Below, piece by piece: positions 1 through 11,731 of a stretch of 64,000 nucleotides of DNA; positions within the stretch are counted from its first letter, which is position 1; each line of letters begins with the position of its first letter. The DNA comes from Saprolegnia diclina VS20. Taxonomy: Eukaryota. The stretch spans positions 467,769-531,768 of the forward strand of contig NW_008246084.1 in NCBI RefSeq assembly GCF_000281045.1, written 5' to 3'. Position numbers and translations under genes: made by a program. Below the pieces are notes generated by a model that ran no database searches, was not told the origin of the DNA, and saw only the letters and a list, made by a program, of their open reading frames with translations.

Positions 1-285
1 GTACTAGGACCGCTTCTTGTAGAGGGTGCGCATGGCGATGGGCTTGGTCGCGCCGTCGTTAGCTCGCGGCTGGGCTGCCCTGCTCAATACTGTGACAACG
101 CATACTCTCAAGATTAGATAAATAGAAAATTCGAAACCCAATATCTCAGAAAGGATTATATACCTCTAAGATTCAATATACCGCAGGTTGTTATGATCCT
201 CGGCTTAGATTCGTGCCCATACTGGGTCCATGCTGTGGGATATTTGATGCTTCGAAAGACTTCAGTGTTCGAATCGCGAGCTACG

Positions 286-3200
286 ATGGTCGACGCAGCG
301 AGACCGGCGACGAAGTCGGACGTCAACATCTGGGCGGCGACGGTCGCCAACGACTATGCAACCGTTGAGCGTCTCCTTCGCGATGGCGTCGCAGCGAACG
401 AGCGCAACTCGCTCGGTGAGACCGCGCTGCACCTCGCGGGTACGGCCGGCCACGCCGTTCGACGCTCACTGCGATGACCGTAGCCTCGCGCGGGTACGAC
501 GACCTCCTGAGCCTCTTGCTGCGCCACGGCGGTAGTCCGCATCTGCACGACAAGGTATGCCTGCGAGGCCATTGCTTCGATCGCCGCATCGTGCCGCATA
601 GGAGTCGGGCTACACGCCATTGCATCGGAGCCTCCTCCACGACCACATCAACAGTACTGCGATGCCATCACGTTCGTAGCGTGTGTTTATGCTCTACGCT
701 AGCCTCCTTGCTCTTGCTCAACGCCGGCGCGCACTTGACGGTCGAAGAAAGCAGCGCGGTCGTCGATCACGATGGCCTAGCGCCCATGGACCTCCTCTCG
801 ACCAAGCTCAGCGCGACGTACCCGCATCAGTTGGCTTCTGCGCGGGGTGGTGAAATCTACACATTTGGCAAAGTCGACTTCCAGGTACCTCGTATGTGAC
901 GCGCCGTCGTCGCATCACAGCGCGTCGTAGCTCGGGTACCACCTGCCGCACGGCGACGAGCAAGTGATGCCACGCCGGGTCAAGTTGCCACCGCAGACGG
1001 ACATTGTCCAGGTCGCCGCCGCGCGCTACCACACGCTGGTCGTCTCGTCGTCCGGCGACTGCTTCTCGTGGGGGTTTGGAAAAGGCGGTCGGCTCGGCAC
1101 CGGCACCGAGTTCAAGTAAGCTTCCAGTGTCATTCCACTGGATGTTACAGTGTCTTGGTAGCTGCATCCACCCAGTGCCCGTGCATTTTCCGCAGCGCGC
1201 CGTGCTCAAGGTGGCTGCCGGCGAAAACCACTCGCTCGCGCTCACCACCGGCGGCCAAGTCGACACTGCGACCACTACGTTCGTATGGCCTCATGCGAGC
1301 GTTGTGTAGCTCTTTTCGTGGGGCTCCAACAGCTTTGGCCAGGTAAATTGACAACTTGTCTGCATTCGTGACCGCTGCGTAGCTCGGGTTCCCGCTGAAA
1401 CTCACGTCGGCCGCGAGTCGGCTCTCGCCCAAGCGCATCGATGCCTTCAAAGGCGTCGTCGTCGTCGATATCGCCGCGTCGTCCGTCCACTCGGTCGCCC
1501 TCACCGAGTCGGGTCATGTGTTTACGTGGGGCAGCAACAAGAAAGGGCAGCTCGGCCGCAAGGTGCAAATCTGTGATGGGACGGTCGTATTGATACATTG
1601 ATAGGACGGGTTTGGGACCGATCAAGGCTTTTCGTCGCCCAAGCGCGTCGACGCGCTATTGCCCAATCATGCGCACTCGGCGGTGCTCGGCGACGTCACG
1701 CACGTTGCCGCCGTCAAGGTCCTACTACGTCGCGTCATGACGACAAGTTGTCTGAAGTTTGTGCGCAGGTGGCCGTGTCGTGCAACCACACGTGCGTCGT
1801 CCTCAACGTCGAGAAGGAAACGTCCGCGATTGTGCAAGGCCAAGTGTGGCAGTGGGGCTACAACGCCTACTTTCCGTCCCAAGTCTTGCTGCGGCACGTC
1901 GCCAAGGAGAGCCGGCTCCGGCAGCACCACCACAACCTCTGGGTCCCGCGCTGCCAGCAGCACGCGATCAGCATCGCCGACATCTCGTGCGCGGCGCAAC
2001 ACTCGATCGGTCTCAGCACGGCCGGCAATGTCTACACGTGGGGCCATGGCCCCGGCGTCCAAACCCCGAGCATCAACTACGTCCAACTCGCCCACCGCGC
2101 GGTGAGCGTCTGTGCCGCCAAAGAGCACTGCGCCGTCGTATTGGCGACCGGCGATGTGTACACGTGGGGCTGCGGCTCTCTCGGTCAAATCTGCGCGCGT
2201 CTCTTCGTTCAGCACTCAATGGACGGTGTAGGTCACGAAGGCCGCAACTGGCAGCCCGTGCCGAAGCGCGTGCCAAGGCTCAAGCGCGCGTCCGCCGTCG
2301 CCGCCGGGCCCCAGCACACGGTGGTTCTTGTGGCGCCCGACCGCCCGCAACTGGTGCCACCGGCAAACGAGGAGCTGCCGACACTGGCGTCGCTCTGTGA
2401 ACAGTCGCTCGCGGCCCAGCTCTCGCTCGAGACGGTTGTCAAGACGTACAACCACGCCGACGCGATTTACGCCACGGCGCTCGTGAGCGTCTGCAACGAG
2501 TTTGCGCGGCGCAACTTTGACGCAGTGCTCGACATGGCCAAGGACCTCGAAGAGTTTCCCATTTACCTCGACGAAGAGACCGCGCCGAGGGCGAGTGCAG
2601 CCGACGCCTTGACACCGCGCGCGCCAAGCAAGTCGATGCGCATGCCAGGCGCGACCATGGCACCGCATGAAGTCGAGAAGCGTCTCCGTACGCTCGGCAA
2701 GCGGCTGCGACAGATCGACGACCTCGAGAAACTGGCTACCTGGACCGACGCCCAAGCGGAAAAGTTGGCCCGCAAGCCGTTCATTCTCGACGAGATCGAC
2801 ATACTGGAGCGCCACTTGGAGAAGGTCCGGGCGACGCCTCCGCCACCACCACCCGTCGCGTCGCCAGAGATCACCGTCGCGGATGCCTCCGAGATCCCGG
2901 ACGTCGTCGATACGAGGCCAGTGGCCTATGCCCCGTCGCCCGAGGTTGTCATTGTGGATCCGGTGCCAACGCTCAAGGGCAAGCGAGAGTCACCAAGAGA
3001 AAAGGCGTCCAAAGCCCATCACCCGACAGAGATGGCGGCTCGCAAGCCAACAAAAGAAGCTCGCAAGACAGAGCCAAAGGCCAAGAAGACCAAAACCAAG
3101 TTTGTGCCACTCGATACGTTCTTGTTGTCGACGCCGGCGCCGCCTCCGATGCCCAAGGCCGTCGTGGCTCCCGTGTGGAACAGCCCACCACAGCATCGAC

Positions 3201-3672
3201 CTATCAATGCACCGAGTACTCCCGCCGCCAAGAGCGGCCCGACGTTTGCGCTCGAGGCCTTTGTAAAGACCAAAGGACCCAAAAAACCGGCGCCCAAGCA
3301 GCAGTCGCCCATGTGGGGGGCAGTACCAGCGCCTGTCGCCGTGCCGTCGCTCACGGCCATCCAGGTACTCCCAATGTCCGAGCAATCTTATATCTATATT
3401 GTACGTAGAGCTCGCAAGTTGTCGAAGTGACGCAAACGTGGAACCTCAAAGAAAACTCGTGGGGCCTCTGTCAAGAGGAGAACGTCAAGCTCGAGGACGT
3501 CCAGACGCTCGCCCTCATCGAGAAGCTGCTCGCCGAAGACGCTGCGGCCTTGGCCGCCATGCAACAACAACATCAACCTCGACCCAAGACGACCAGTACC
3601 CACCGATCCAAGACCAAGGCGAATGCATTTCGAACGAGTAAGAAGGCTAGTACGTCGACGCAAGCGGCCTAG
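286..3672 (+). CDS. Ankyrin + RCC1-repeat protein, IBTK-like architecture (multi-intron)
   Basis: ANK motif (GETALHLA) in the first exons. Several RCC1 repeats (VAAGENHSLALTTGG, LSTAGNVYTWGHG, VLATGDVYTWGCG, VAAGPQHTVVL). A BTB/BACK-like helical segment (LCEQSLAAQLSLETV) is followed by a low-complexity tail. ATG at 286; last exon ends at TAG 3670-3672. Confidence 0.8.
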
Positions 3673-6600
3673 TTGTCGTCGCTGGACGCTTGCGCCGCGA
3701 GGGCTTCCATGGACGTCCGGACGACCTTGATGAACGCGTCGCGCTGCTGCACTTCGTACGAGTTTTGCTTTTGAGTCTGGTCGTCGACCTTGTAATAGAG
3801 CGTGACCATGAGCGCATTCTTCTTCATGCACGTCATGCGCGCAATGTGGCTCAGAGGGTGGCAGCTGCGGACGCTCGTGACGCCTTCGTAGACCTTGTCG
3901 GGTCGGAGCACGAGAATGTGGTCCTCGGCGAGCACCACGTGCCGCGGCACCATCGCGGTCGCGCCGCCTTTGACCTTCTTCTTGTAGCATGAAAAGAGCG
4001 GCGACGACACCAGCGGCAGCAACTGGTGCATACGCAGCTGCATGCCCTTCTTCAAACCGCTCACGCCGCCCTTCTCGATGACATGCTCGACGATCGCCAC
4101 GCTGCCATCGCCTTCGTCATCCCCGCCGTCCGCCGCGCCCACAAAGTCATCGGCCTCTTCGTCCTCGTCGTCGTCAATCGAAAAGACGGCTTCCGTCGCG
4201 GTCGATGGCGCAGGCTTCTTGCTGCTCGGCGAAATCATTACGGGCGGCGACGTCGGGGCGTTGCTCATGGTCGCCGATGCTTCAAGGGGCCCGATCGTCG
4301 CTGCGATCGACGTCGCTGCCTTCTTGACGTACGTGACCGGGTTCAAGGCCGAGTCGCGCTTCACCGCCGCGTCCACGACCGACCGCATCGAGTTCATGCT
4401 CGGCATGTTGAGCTCGTTCAAGTGCAGATGCGCCTTGGCGTCCGAGAGCTTGCCGCCGAGGTCCATCGACTCTTTTTTCTTCATCATCCAGTTCTTACTG
4501 TCCTTGAAGGCTCCCGACATGAGCGACGAGCCCGGCACGGCGTTGAGGGTCTTGCCACTCACGGCCGTCAGCGTCTTCCCGCTGTCCTTGAGCGCGCTTG
4601 TCATCGATGAAAAGTACGACGAGGACGACGGGGACGTCACGCTGTCGGACGGCGTCGTCGACTTGGTGCGCGCGCGACCATCCGGCCCAAACCGACCGAG
4701 GCACACGCCGCCTTCGCTGCGCTGAATATGCTCGTTCTCTTCGTCCGAGAGCAGTGACGCCGACGACGCGCTCCGCCCTTTGGCCTGCAGCGTCTGCCAC
4801 TGCTGGCACAGCGTGCACGACGCTGCGTCGTGGTCGCACAGGTCCGAGAGCGAGAAGAGGCGTGACTTGGCCAAATACCGGTGCGCCGACGCGTACCCGC
4901 CCTAGCACTCTATAAGAGGTGTATACGCACAAAAAGCCTCGTACGTCGATGATGCTCACGTACGGAAACCCGCGCTTGGTGAGGAACATGACGGCGTCGT
5001 TGACCTGGGCCGCGTCCTTGGCCACCATGTCGGCCACGTCGCTCTTGGAGAGGTTGAGGTCCTTGACCATGCTGCTCGCGTAGCGCGAGTGACCGTGGCC
5101 CATGATGCAGATGTGCACCGAGCTCTTCATCGGCTGGAGCGTCGCCATGACTGCATCAAACGCCGACGGGTCCATGAGCGACTCCGAGTTGAAGTGAAAC
5201 GACGTCGGGATCTGGCCGTGCGCAAGGTAATCGTGCGGTCGGCAGTCGATGATAAAGTACCGAATCTAGGCCCAAATATCAATCTTTCAATACATATAGT
5301 GTCGTGACGTGTACCTTTTCCGTGCACGCGGATTTGAAGCCGCGAAAGACGGACGGAATCACTTCACAGACCGAGATCGTCATGCAAAAGTACGTCGACG
5401 GCGTCTCGAGGTGGAAGCTGTCGCTGCGCGAACCCTCTTCGCTCTTGCCCGTGATGCTCGACTTGAGCTGCGACGCTTGCGCCATGAGCTTGGTGTTGAT
5501 CGATGACAGCTGCGTCAGCGAGAATTTGCTGCTGCTGCTGTTGGTCGGTGTCACTGTCGTCTTGCTCTGGACCTCGAGCTGCTCCTTGCTGCTCGTGCGC
5601 GGCGGCTTGGGGCTCGTCACCGACGAGCTCGAGTTTGTGCGCGTGAACGACGCGCTCTTCGTCTCGTCCGCTGCCGTCACGCCCATGCCCGCGTCGCAGA
5701 GCTTGGTGCAGAACGAAAACGGCGTCTTCTCGATGAGCTCGTGGACGTTCTGGAGCAGCGTCGTGTGGCGACTCAATGTCTCGACAAACAGCTGCACCAT
5801 GCAGCTGCGCAAGTTCGGCCCGTTGGTCAAGCTCAAGAGGCGCTTCTTGGAGCCGAGGATCGCACTCAGGAGCACAAACACCATGACGATCGACGGATAC
5901 GTCGAGCTTGCGTTCACGACGACGCAGTCCCAGACGCGCGACGCCACGTCCAAGTCGATCGCCGTCGTGTGGTCGTGGCCCTCGAGGAGGGACGCAAGCC
6001 ATTGGTCGGGCACCAACCCCGGCTCCGACCACGATGGATACGTGTGGTCGAGGTGCAACGCAATCGTCGGGTCATGGTACAAGAGCAGCAACTTGAGGAG
6101 CGGCCGCCGCGCCAGCGCCACGTGCGACAGCGGCACGTGCGACAGCAGATGCGGGAAGAGGCGCAGCGTGACCATGTCCATGATGCCAAAGAGGTCGTGG
6201 CGCAGCGGGTCGGCGCCGCCGAGAACAATGAGCGGCGCAAATGCCATTGCGAGGCCAGGCGTATAGGCGATCGCGTGCTTCTCGCACTCGTTCAAGATGA
6301 GCGCCTCGACGTGGTCGGTGAGCGAGAGCCGCGCCGAGTCGGGCGACACGCCGTCCTTCTCGAGGCCCTTGCAGAACGCTGCGTCTGCAAAGAGGAGCGA
6401 GCACACGGCCTGCGCGTCGCGACGAATGAGTTCGGACGCACCGAGCGCGACCGTCTTGGTCTCGAGCGGCGGTGCCTAGGAGCAGGGGCGTGAGCGCCGG
6501 TAGAGTGCCGAAGGTGGCTACCTCGAGAAGGGTGCCCCACGCTTGCAAGCGCTCCTCGACAGGGATCTTGTTGAGCGATCGGTAATGAGCACGCAGTTCA

Positions 6601-7524
6601 TCTAGACGGATAGGATGGAGGATGCAGGAGAATTGGTAGAGAGGATCATGTACCGTTCGCAGGGACCTTGGCGCCATCTTGGCTCGAGTAGGCCGAGACG
6701 GACGAGGCACCTATGACAAGGCCGAGAGCGATAAGGCATGGCTTCAAGGCGACCGTGCACATACCCACAGGACTTGTAAAGACCTCGAACGACGTGTGGC
6801 GCGACCCCGTGTTGGTTTCAATCGGTGGAGGAGCCGCCTTGTTGGACTGTGGTGGCGTTGGCGGCTTGCCTTCGGGGGCAGCGGGCGACGGCGGGATGCC
6901 AGAGAACGATGACGTTGGTGTCGGCTGCTTTGACTCGGCTTTTGGCTGCGAGTGCGCTGGCGTCGGCGGCTTGGAGCTTGTCGCTGTCGCTGTAGGCGCA
7001 GGGATCAAGAACGGGTTGCCCGAGCTTGTGCTGGACGCCTCGGGTGCAACCGAGGCCGGCGGCGTCGGCTGCTTCACAGTCACGGCGGGGGCCGGCGGCG
7101 GCGACGAGAAGTCCGCATCCGTTTTGGCAACGATGGTCGCATCCGAGACGGGGACAACGGGCGCCGGCGCTTCCGGCTCGTCGTCCAAGGAGAAGGTGGC
7201 GTCGGTATCGGCCGCTGCCTTGGAAGGAACTGCCAGTGGGCTATCGAACGAGAACGAGTCGGAGGACGGACCATCGAACTTGGGCACGCCCGACTCGGGC
7301 GACGTCGGCTTGGCGTCGAGCCACGAGAGAAAGTCGGACGGGTCAGACGTGATCGCGGCCGTCGTCGGCGACAGCGCGTCCGGCGCTGTTGCCTTGACGT
7401 CGCCGAGGCCGAGCTCATCGAGGCCGAGCTCGTCGAGGGAGTAGGTCGAGGTCGGGGCCGCGTTCGTCGACGAGCTGCCGAGGAGGTCGCTGCAGTCGCC
7501 AAAGATGTCGTCGAGGCTCGACAT
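3669..7524 (-). CDS. TBC1D23-like protein (TBC + rhodanese-like + C-terminal PH-like domain), multi-intron
   Basis: TBC-like segment (LLLLYHDPTIALHLD...RVWD), a rhodanese-like segment (HICIMGHG, AVMFLTKRGFPYVSIID) and a C-terminal PH-like domain (PRHVVLAEDHILVL...HIARMTCMKKNALMVTLYY). This order matches TBC1D23. ATG at 7524 (MSSLDDIFG). Confidence 0.7.
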
Positions 7525-7919
7525 GCTTCGTCGTCCGCTCCTTGCTTGTGGAGTCGGCAGCTCGAAACTGTCGTTATCCGGACAAGTCCGAGAAAAGCGC
7601 ACCTAATTTCAGATCCAGGTGCGGATTCTGTCCAGTGTCAATGACACACGTCCCACACCGGCACCTCGCATGACGTGGCAGCAAGCCTGAAGACCGTCCG
7701 TAGCGCGACGTTAAACCCACGTTGGTTGAGCCCCACGCGTTTAACTCTTGGTTTTATTCCATAGTCACATCGGTCCCTAGCCTTCTATATTCTGTCCCTA
7801 GCCTCCTACTACGTCAATGGGGTGGACTCGGAGTACTTTAGTAGCTTCCATACATACTAGGTAGTGCGCCGGAAAAGTTTCAAGTTGGTATCAAGTAGTA
7901 GAACAGCATTGACGTGCAA

Positions 7920-9837
7920 CTAGACGCGCTGGATCGTCAGGCACCAATTCGAGCGCATCATCTCGACGTTGGTGACGACGAGGCCGGGCACTTGGCGCAC
8001 GAGGAGCTCGAGCTCCAAGTCGCGGTACACGTGGCAGTAGCGCTTGTAGACAGCCCACTTTTTTGCATCGTCGAGCTGCACATGGGCGGGCAGCGGCTCG
8101 TTTGGATCAATGTACTTTTGCTGCAGCTTCCACTCGACCATGACGTCCTGACTCGCAAACTGTCGCTTCGAGAGCGCGTCTTGTTCGAACGCCCATGCGA
8201 CCACGTAGACCTCACCGCCGACGCGCACGAGCCGCGCGAGCTCCCTAGTCGCCATTTTAGACGTCAAAATCACAAAAATCACAAAAATACCGCAAAATCT
8301 GCAAGCGGTGCTCGATCGTCGACATGTGGTGGAGCACAGCAATGCAAATCGCTGCGTCAAATGCCCCTGTCCGGAGCGGCACGCTGAGCCCGTCGCTGCC
8401 AAAGACGTCGTGGGTCCTACGTCGTTACCAAGATATGTTTCAAGTTTCTATCAACGGAAAATGCACCGCTCCGAGCACACGCTGAGCAGCGGCATGCTGC
8501 GGTCCGACCCGATCATCATCAGATTTGGGTTCACGCCAAGGTACTTGCCGTTGCCGCAGCCTGCGTCACACTCAGCAAAGTTAGGCCTTGGAATGCGTAC
8601 CAATGTCGGCGACAAGCGCACCGTCGGGCAGTCGGTTTAGAAAGTCGGTGACGAGCGGCCACGGGTGGTGCCGCGTATGGCTGAAGTGCGACGCGATGCT
8701 GTCGTACACGCCGTGCACGTGCTCCTTCTCCAGATCCGACGGTCGCTGCACGCTAGTTTGCTGCACGCGGCTGAAATCGCGCTCGACCAGAATCTACCGG
8801 AATCCAAAATTGTCGAGCGAAAATGCACCAAGTCGACGACTGTACCTTGCGCAACGTCAGCGACACGCGCCGCGTCCGGGCGGCGACAGACCCGTTAATG
8901 AGATCGTGCTTGCGATATGCTATCCCATGCTTCCAGAGGTAACGCGCCTCGCCCACCATGAGGACGAGCGACCCGCGCTTCAACACAACGTGCTTGACAA
9001 TCGATGGGTCCGAGGCAAGGCGAAAGTCCATGACGATGTCGCTGCCCAGCGAGAGCGACGCAATGTACTCGGTAAAGACGTCGGCGGTGTCGACGTGAGG
9101 CGCAATGCCTTGGCCCGGGAGGTACTCGTTGATCGTGATTTGATCTGGGAGCTGCAAGTCCGGACGGAGACGATGCATATTCGCGGCCGTCTCGGCGCAA
9201 AAGGGCGGCAGTGGCCCGAGCGGCGCCGAGGCGTCTACGTCGCGTGTATCGTACCGAAACGCATAGCCGTAGTGCTGGACGCGACGCTGGATGCTGTCTT
9301 CCCAGGCCCTCCCATCGATGGTATTGAGGAGCGACGCTTCTTCGTCCGCCGAGATGAAGTCGTCGATGATCGAGAGCCCGGGCACCACGACTTGCGCGGT
9401 TGTGGACGGACAGGAGAGCGATGATCCTGATGATCCAGCGTCAGCGGGCGGTGCTTCGGCGGCAAACTGCACAAAGAGCTTCCGGCCGCCAAGCACAGCT
9501 GGCGACGTGCCTTGCAGTGCAGAGCGCGCTGCGACCGCTGCCTCGACCGTCGCAAACGTCACCAAGAGGTAGCCCTGCACCATACAAGTTGCCTGCGAGG
9601 CCTGGCAGCATGCGGGTGCGTACCTTGGCGTCCTCCGAGACGAGGTCGCAGAGTGTGCCGTAGGCTCCAAAGCAGGAGAGGATAGCACCTTCGCCAACGC
9701 CGTGGTCGCCGCCGACCGTGCAGTTGGCCACATAGAGATGCCTTGTCGGCGCCTCGGGGTTCTACGCGCTAGCAGATGAGCGCCATGCGACCGGCCATGT
9801 ATACGACCTTGGGCTTGCGCGGCTTGCTATTGCTCAT
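7920..9837 (-). CDS. ALKBH8: ALKBH8-like tRNA wobble-uridine modification enzyme (RRM + AlkB dioxygenase + Trm9-type methyltransferase), multi-intron
   Basis: RRM-like N-terminus. AlkB motifs [36 protein letters not shown] and RRVSLTLRK. Methyltransferase motifs [42 protein letters not shown] and YKRYCHVY. The start codon is inferred. Confidence 0.9.
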
Positions 9838-9965
9838 CAGCGCTTCTTTTGCACCAATCCGACAGGCAACCAACATTTTCAGCCAATGGCATGTGACGGA
9901 AAGGGTGTTTTCAGCCAATGGCCTTCTGACAATCCACGCCGAGGCGGTTGGAGGGATAACGCAGC
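9838..9965. promoter_or_regulatory. Bidirectional promoter with three CCAAT boxes between ALKBH8 and TRIT1
   Basis: 128-bp gap between head-to-head ATGs. It contains CCAAT three times, including two copies of TTTTCAGCCAATGGC. Confidence 0.6.
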
Positions 9966-11499
9966 ATGAGCGTCAAGGAAGCATTGAGCAAGATCCTCGT
10001 CGTCGTCGGGACGACGGGCGCAGGCAAGACGAAGCTATCGATTGACCTCGCCAAGGCGCTCAATGGCGAGATCGTCAACTCGGACGCGATGCAGGTGCGC
10101 CGTCGTCCGCTCGCGTACGACTTATGCAGTGGCATCGTAGATGTACCGAGGTCTGGACGTGGCAACGGCCAAGGTGACACAGGAGGAGATGGACGGCGTG
10201 CCGCACCACCTCTTGAGCTGCATCGACCCCGTCGAAGAGTGCACGGTCATCCAGTACAAGGCCCTCGCCATGCGCACGGTATGATCTAGCCCTTATTTCA
10301 TCAACGTCAACGACTCGCGTTAGATTCAAGATATCATTGCGCGCGGCAAGGTGCCGGTCATCGTCGGCGGTACCATGTACTACACGCAGTCGCTGCTCTG
10401 GAACGGCCAGCTCCTCGAAGACGTGCCTGGCTCCAACGGCGACGTACCTTCAATACGATGGCATTTGAGCAACGATCTCTCAGACGCTCATTGCATTAGG
10501 CCAGTCCTGTGCCGCTACCGTCGTCGCCCGAAGAGGTCTACCGCAAGCTCCAAGAAGTCGACCCGGTCATGGCCAACGGTTTGCACTCAAAAGACGTTCG
10601 CCGGGTAGGCCGTTGTCCCTCGCTATCCTCCCGAGCTCGCGTCTCATCGCAATATTAGGTGCAGCGCAGCCTCGAGGTGTTCTACCAAACCGGCAAGCGG
10701 CACAGCGACTGGATTGCTGAGCAAAAGGCGGAAGAAAAGCTCTTTGACGCGTGTGCCTTCTGGGTCGACTGCGACCGCCCGGTCCTGAACGCCCGTCTCG
10801 ACAAGCGGTATGCCATCTGATTTGTCTTCGTAAGCGTGATGGAAGATTAGGGTTGACAAGATGGTGGTCGACGGTCTCGTGCCCGAGATCGAAGGGTTGA
10901 TGACCGAGATCCGCGACCACGTGGCTGCGTCACCAGTTCCGATGGGACTCAAAGGCATCACGCAAGCGATTGGCTTCAAGGAATTTGAGGTGTACTTGAC
11001 GGCAAAAGCCCAAGGCGTCGACGATGATGCGCTGCACTCGGTCCTCGCGAATTGCATCGACGAGCTCAAGGTTGGCACGCGCCAGTACGCCAAGCGCCAA
11101 GTGACATGGATCAAGAACCGGTTCGTGCCCCGGAACGTGCCGGTGTATCGCTTCGACACGTCCGTGGTCGACGCGTGGCCATCGGTGGTCGCAGCTCCTG
11201 CAATCGAGATTGCCACGTCGTTCCTTCGTGGTTTGCCCATTATGACGCAGGCGACGTGTCAAGAGACCGACGGCGTGAGCGAGAAGAAGGGGCCGAAAAC
11301 CAAGTATATGTGCACAGAGTGCGGCGGGCGCGAGTTTGTCGGACAAGTGCAGTGGAACGAACACTTGCGCTCGAAAGGCCACCGCTTTCACCTCAAGCGC
11401 CTCCGCCTCCTTGCGTCCGGGCAGCTCTTTGAACGCGCCTCGAAAAAGCCCAAGCCAGTCGCCGACGAGAAAGCTACGACAAACAACGAGCTTGAATAG
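9966..11499 (+). CDS. TRIT1: tRNA dimethylallyltransferase (TRIT1/MOD5/MiaA family) with C-terminal zinc finger, multi-intron
   Basis: GTTGAGKTKLSIDLA P-loop, EIVNSDAMQ, PHHLL, VPVIVGGTMYY, QAIGFKEF and TRQYAKRQVTW. C-terminal CxxC...HLRSKGH zinc finger. Confidence 0.93.
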
Positions 11500-11731
11500 A
11501 TACTACCACTGTACAACTGCTTGGTCAAGACCTCCACCACGTGCCATGCGTGGGGTTAGGGTTCTGGTGTGGTCTCAATTTCACCAGAGATATCGTTGGT
11601 CCAGCTCGTATGGCAGGTCTAGAAGAACGAGAGAAAAGTGGGTCTGCTCAACGGTCCTGGGGTGTACTTGAGTAAACTTCATTCAGATAGTTGGGTTTGA
11701 CGTTAAGGCATGGTTAGTATACAGTAGAAAC

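Noticed and set aside
1..33. Possible start of a minus-strand gene (MRTLYKKR) at the window edge
   Set aside because: Too little sequence to support a call.
7640..7900. Short direct repeat (GTCCCTAGCC x2) and GTTAAAC/GTTTAAC inverted pair as an ncRNA
   Set aside because: No convincing stem or recognisable RNA family.
8267..8300. AAAATCAC tandem repeat
   Set aside because: It lies within a predicted ALKBH8 intron and is a simple low-complexity repeat.
7920..11499. TRIT1 prenyltransferase and ALKBH8 as tailoring enzymes of the adjacent isocyanide synthase cluster
   Set aside because: Both are intron-rich canonical tRNA-modification orthologs with housekeeping architecture. Adjacency alone does not support pathway membership.
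11550..11565. Telomere-like GGGGTTAGGG
   Set aside because: A single unit, expected by chance.
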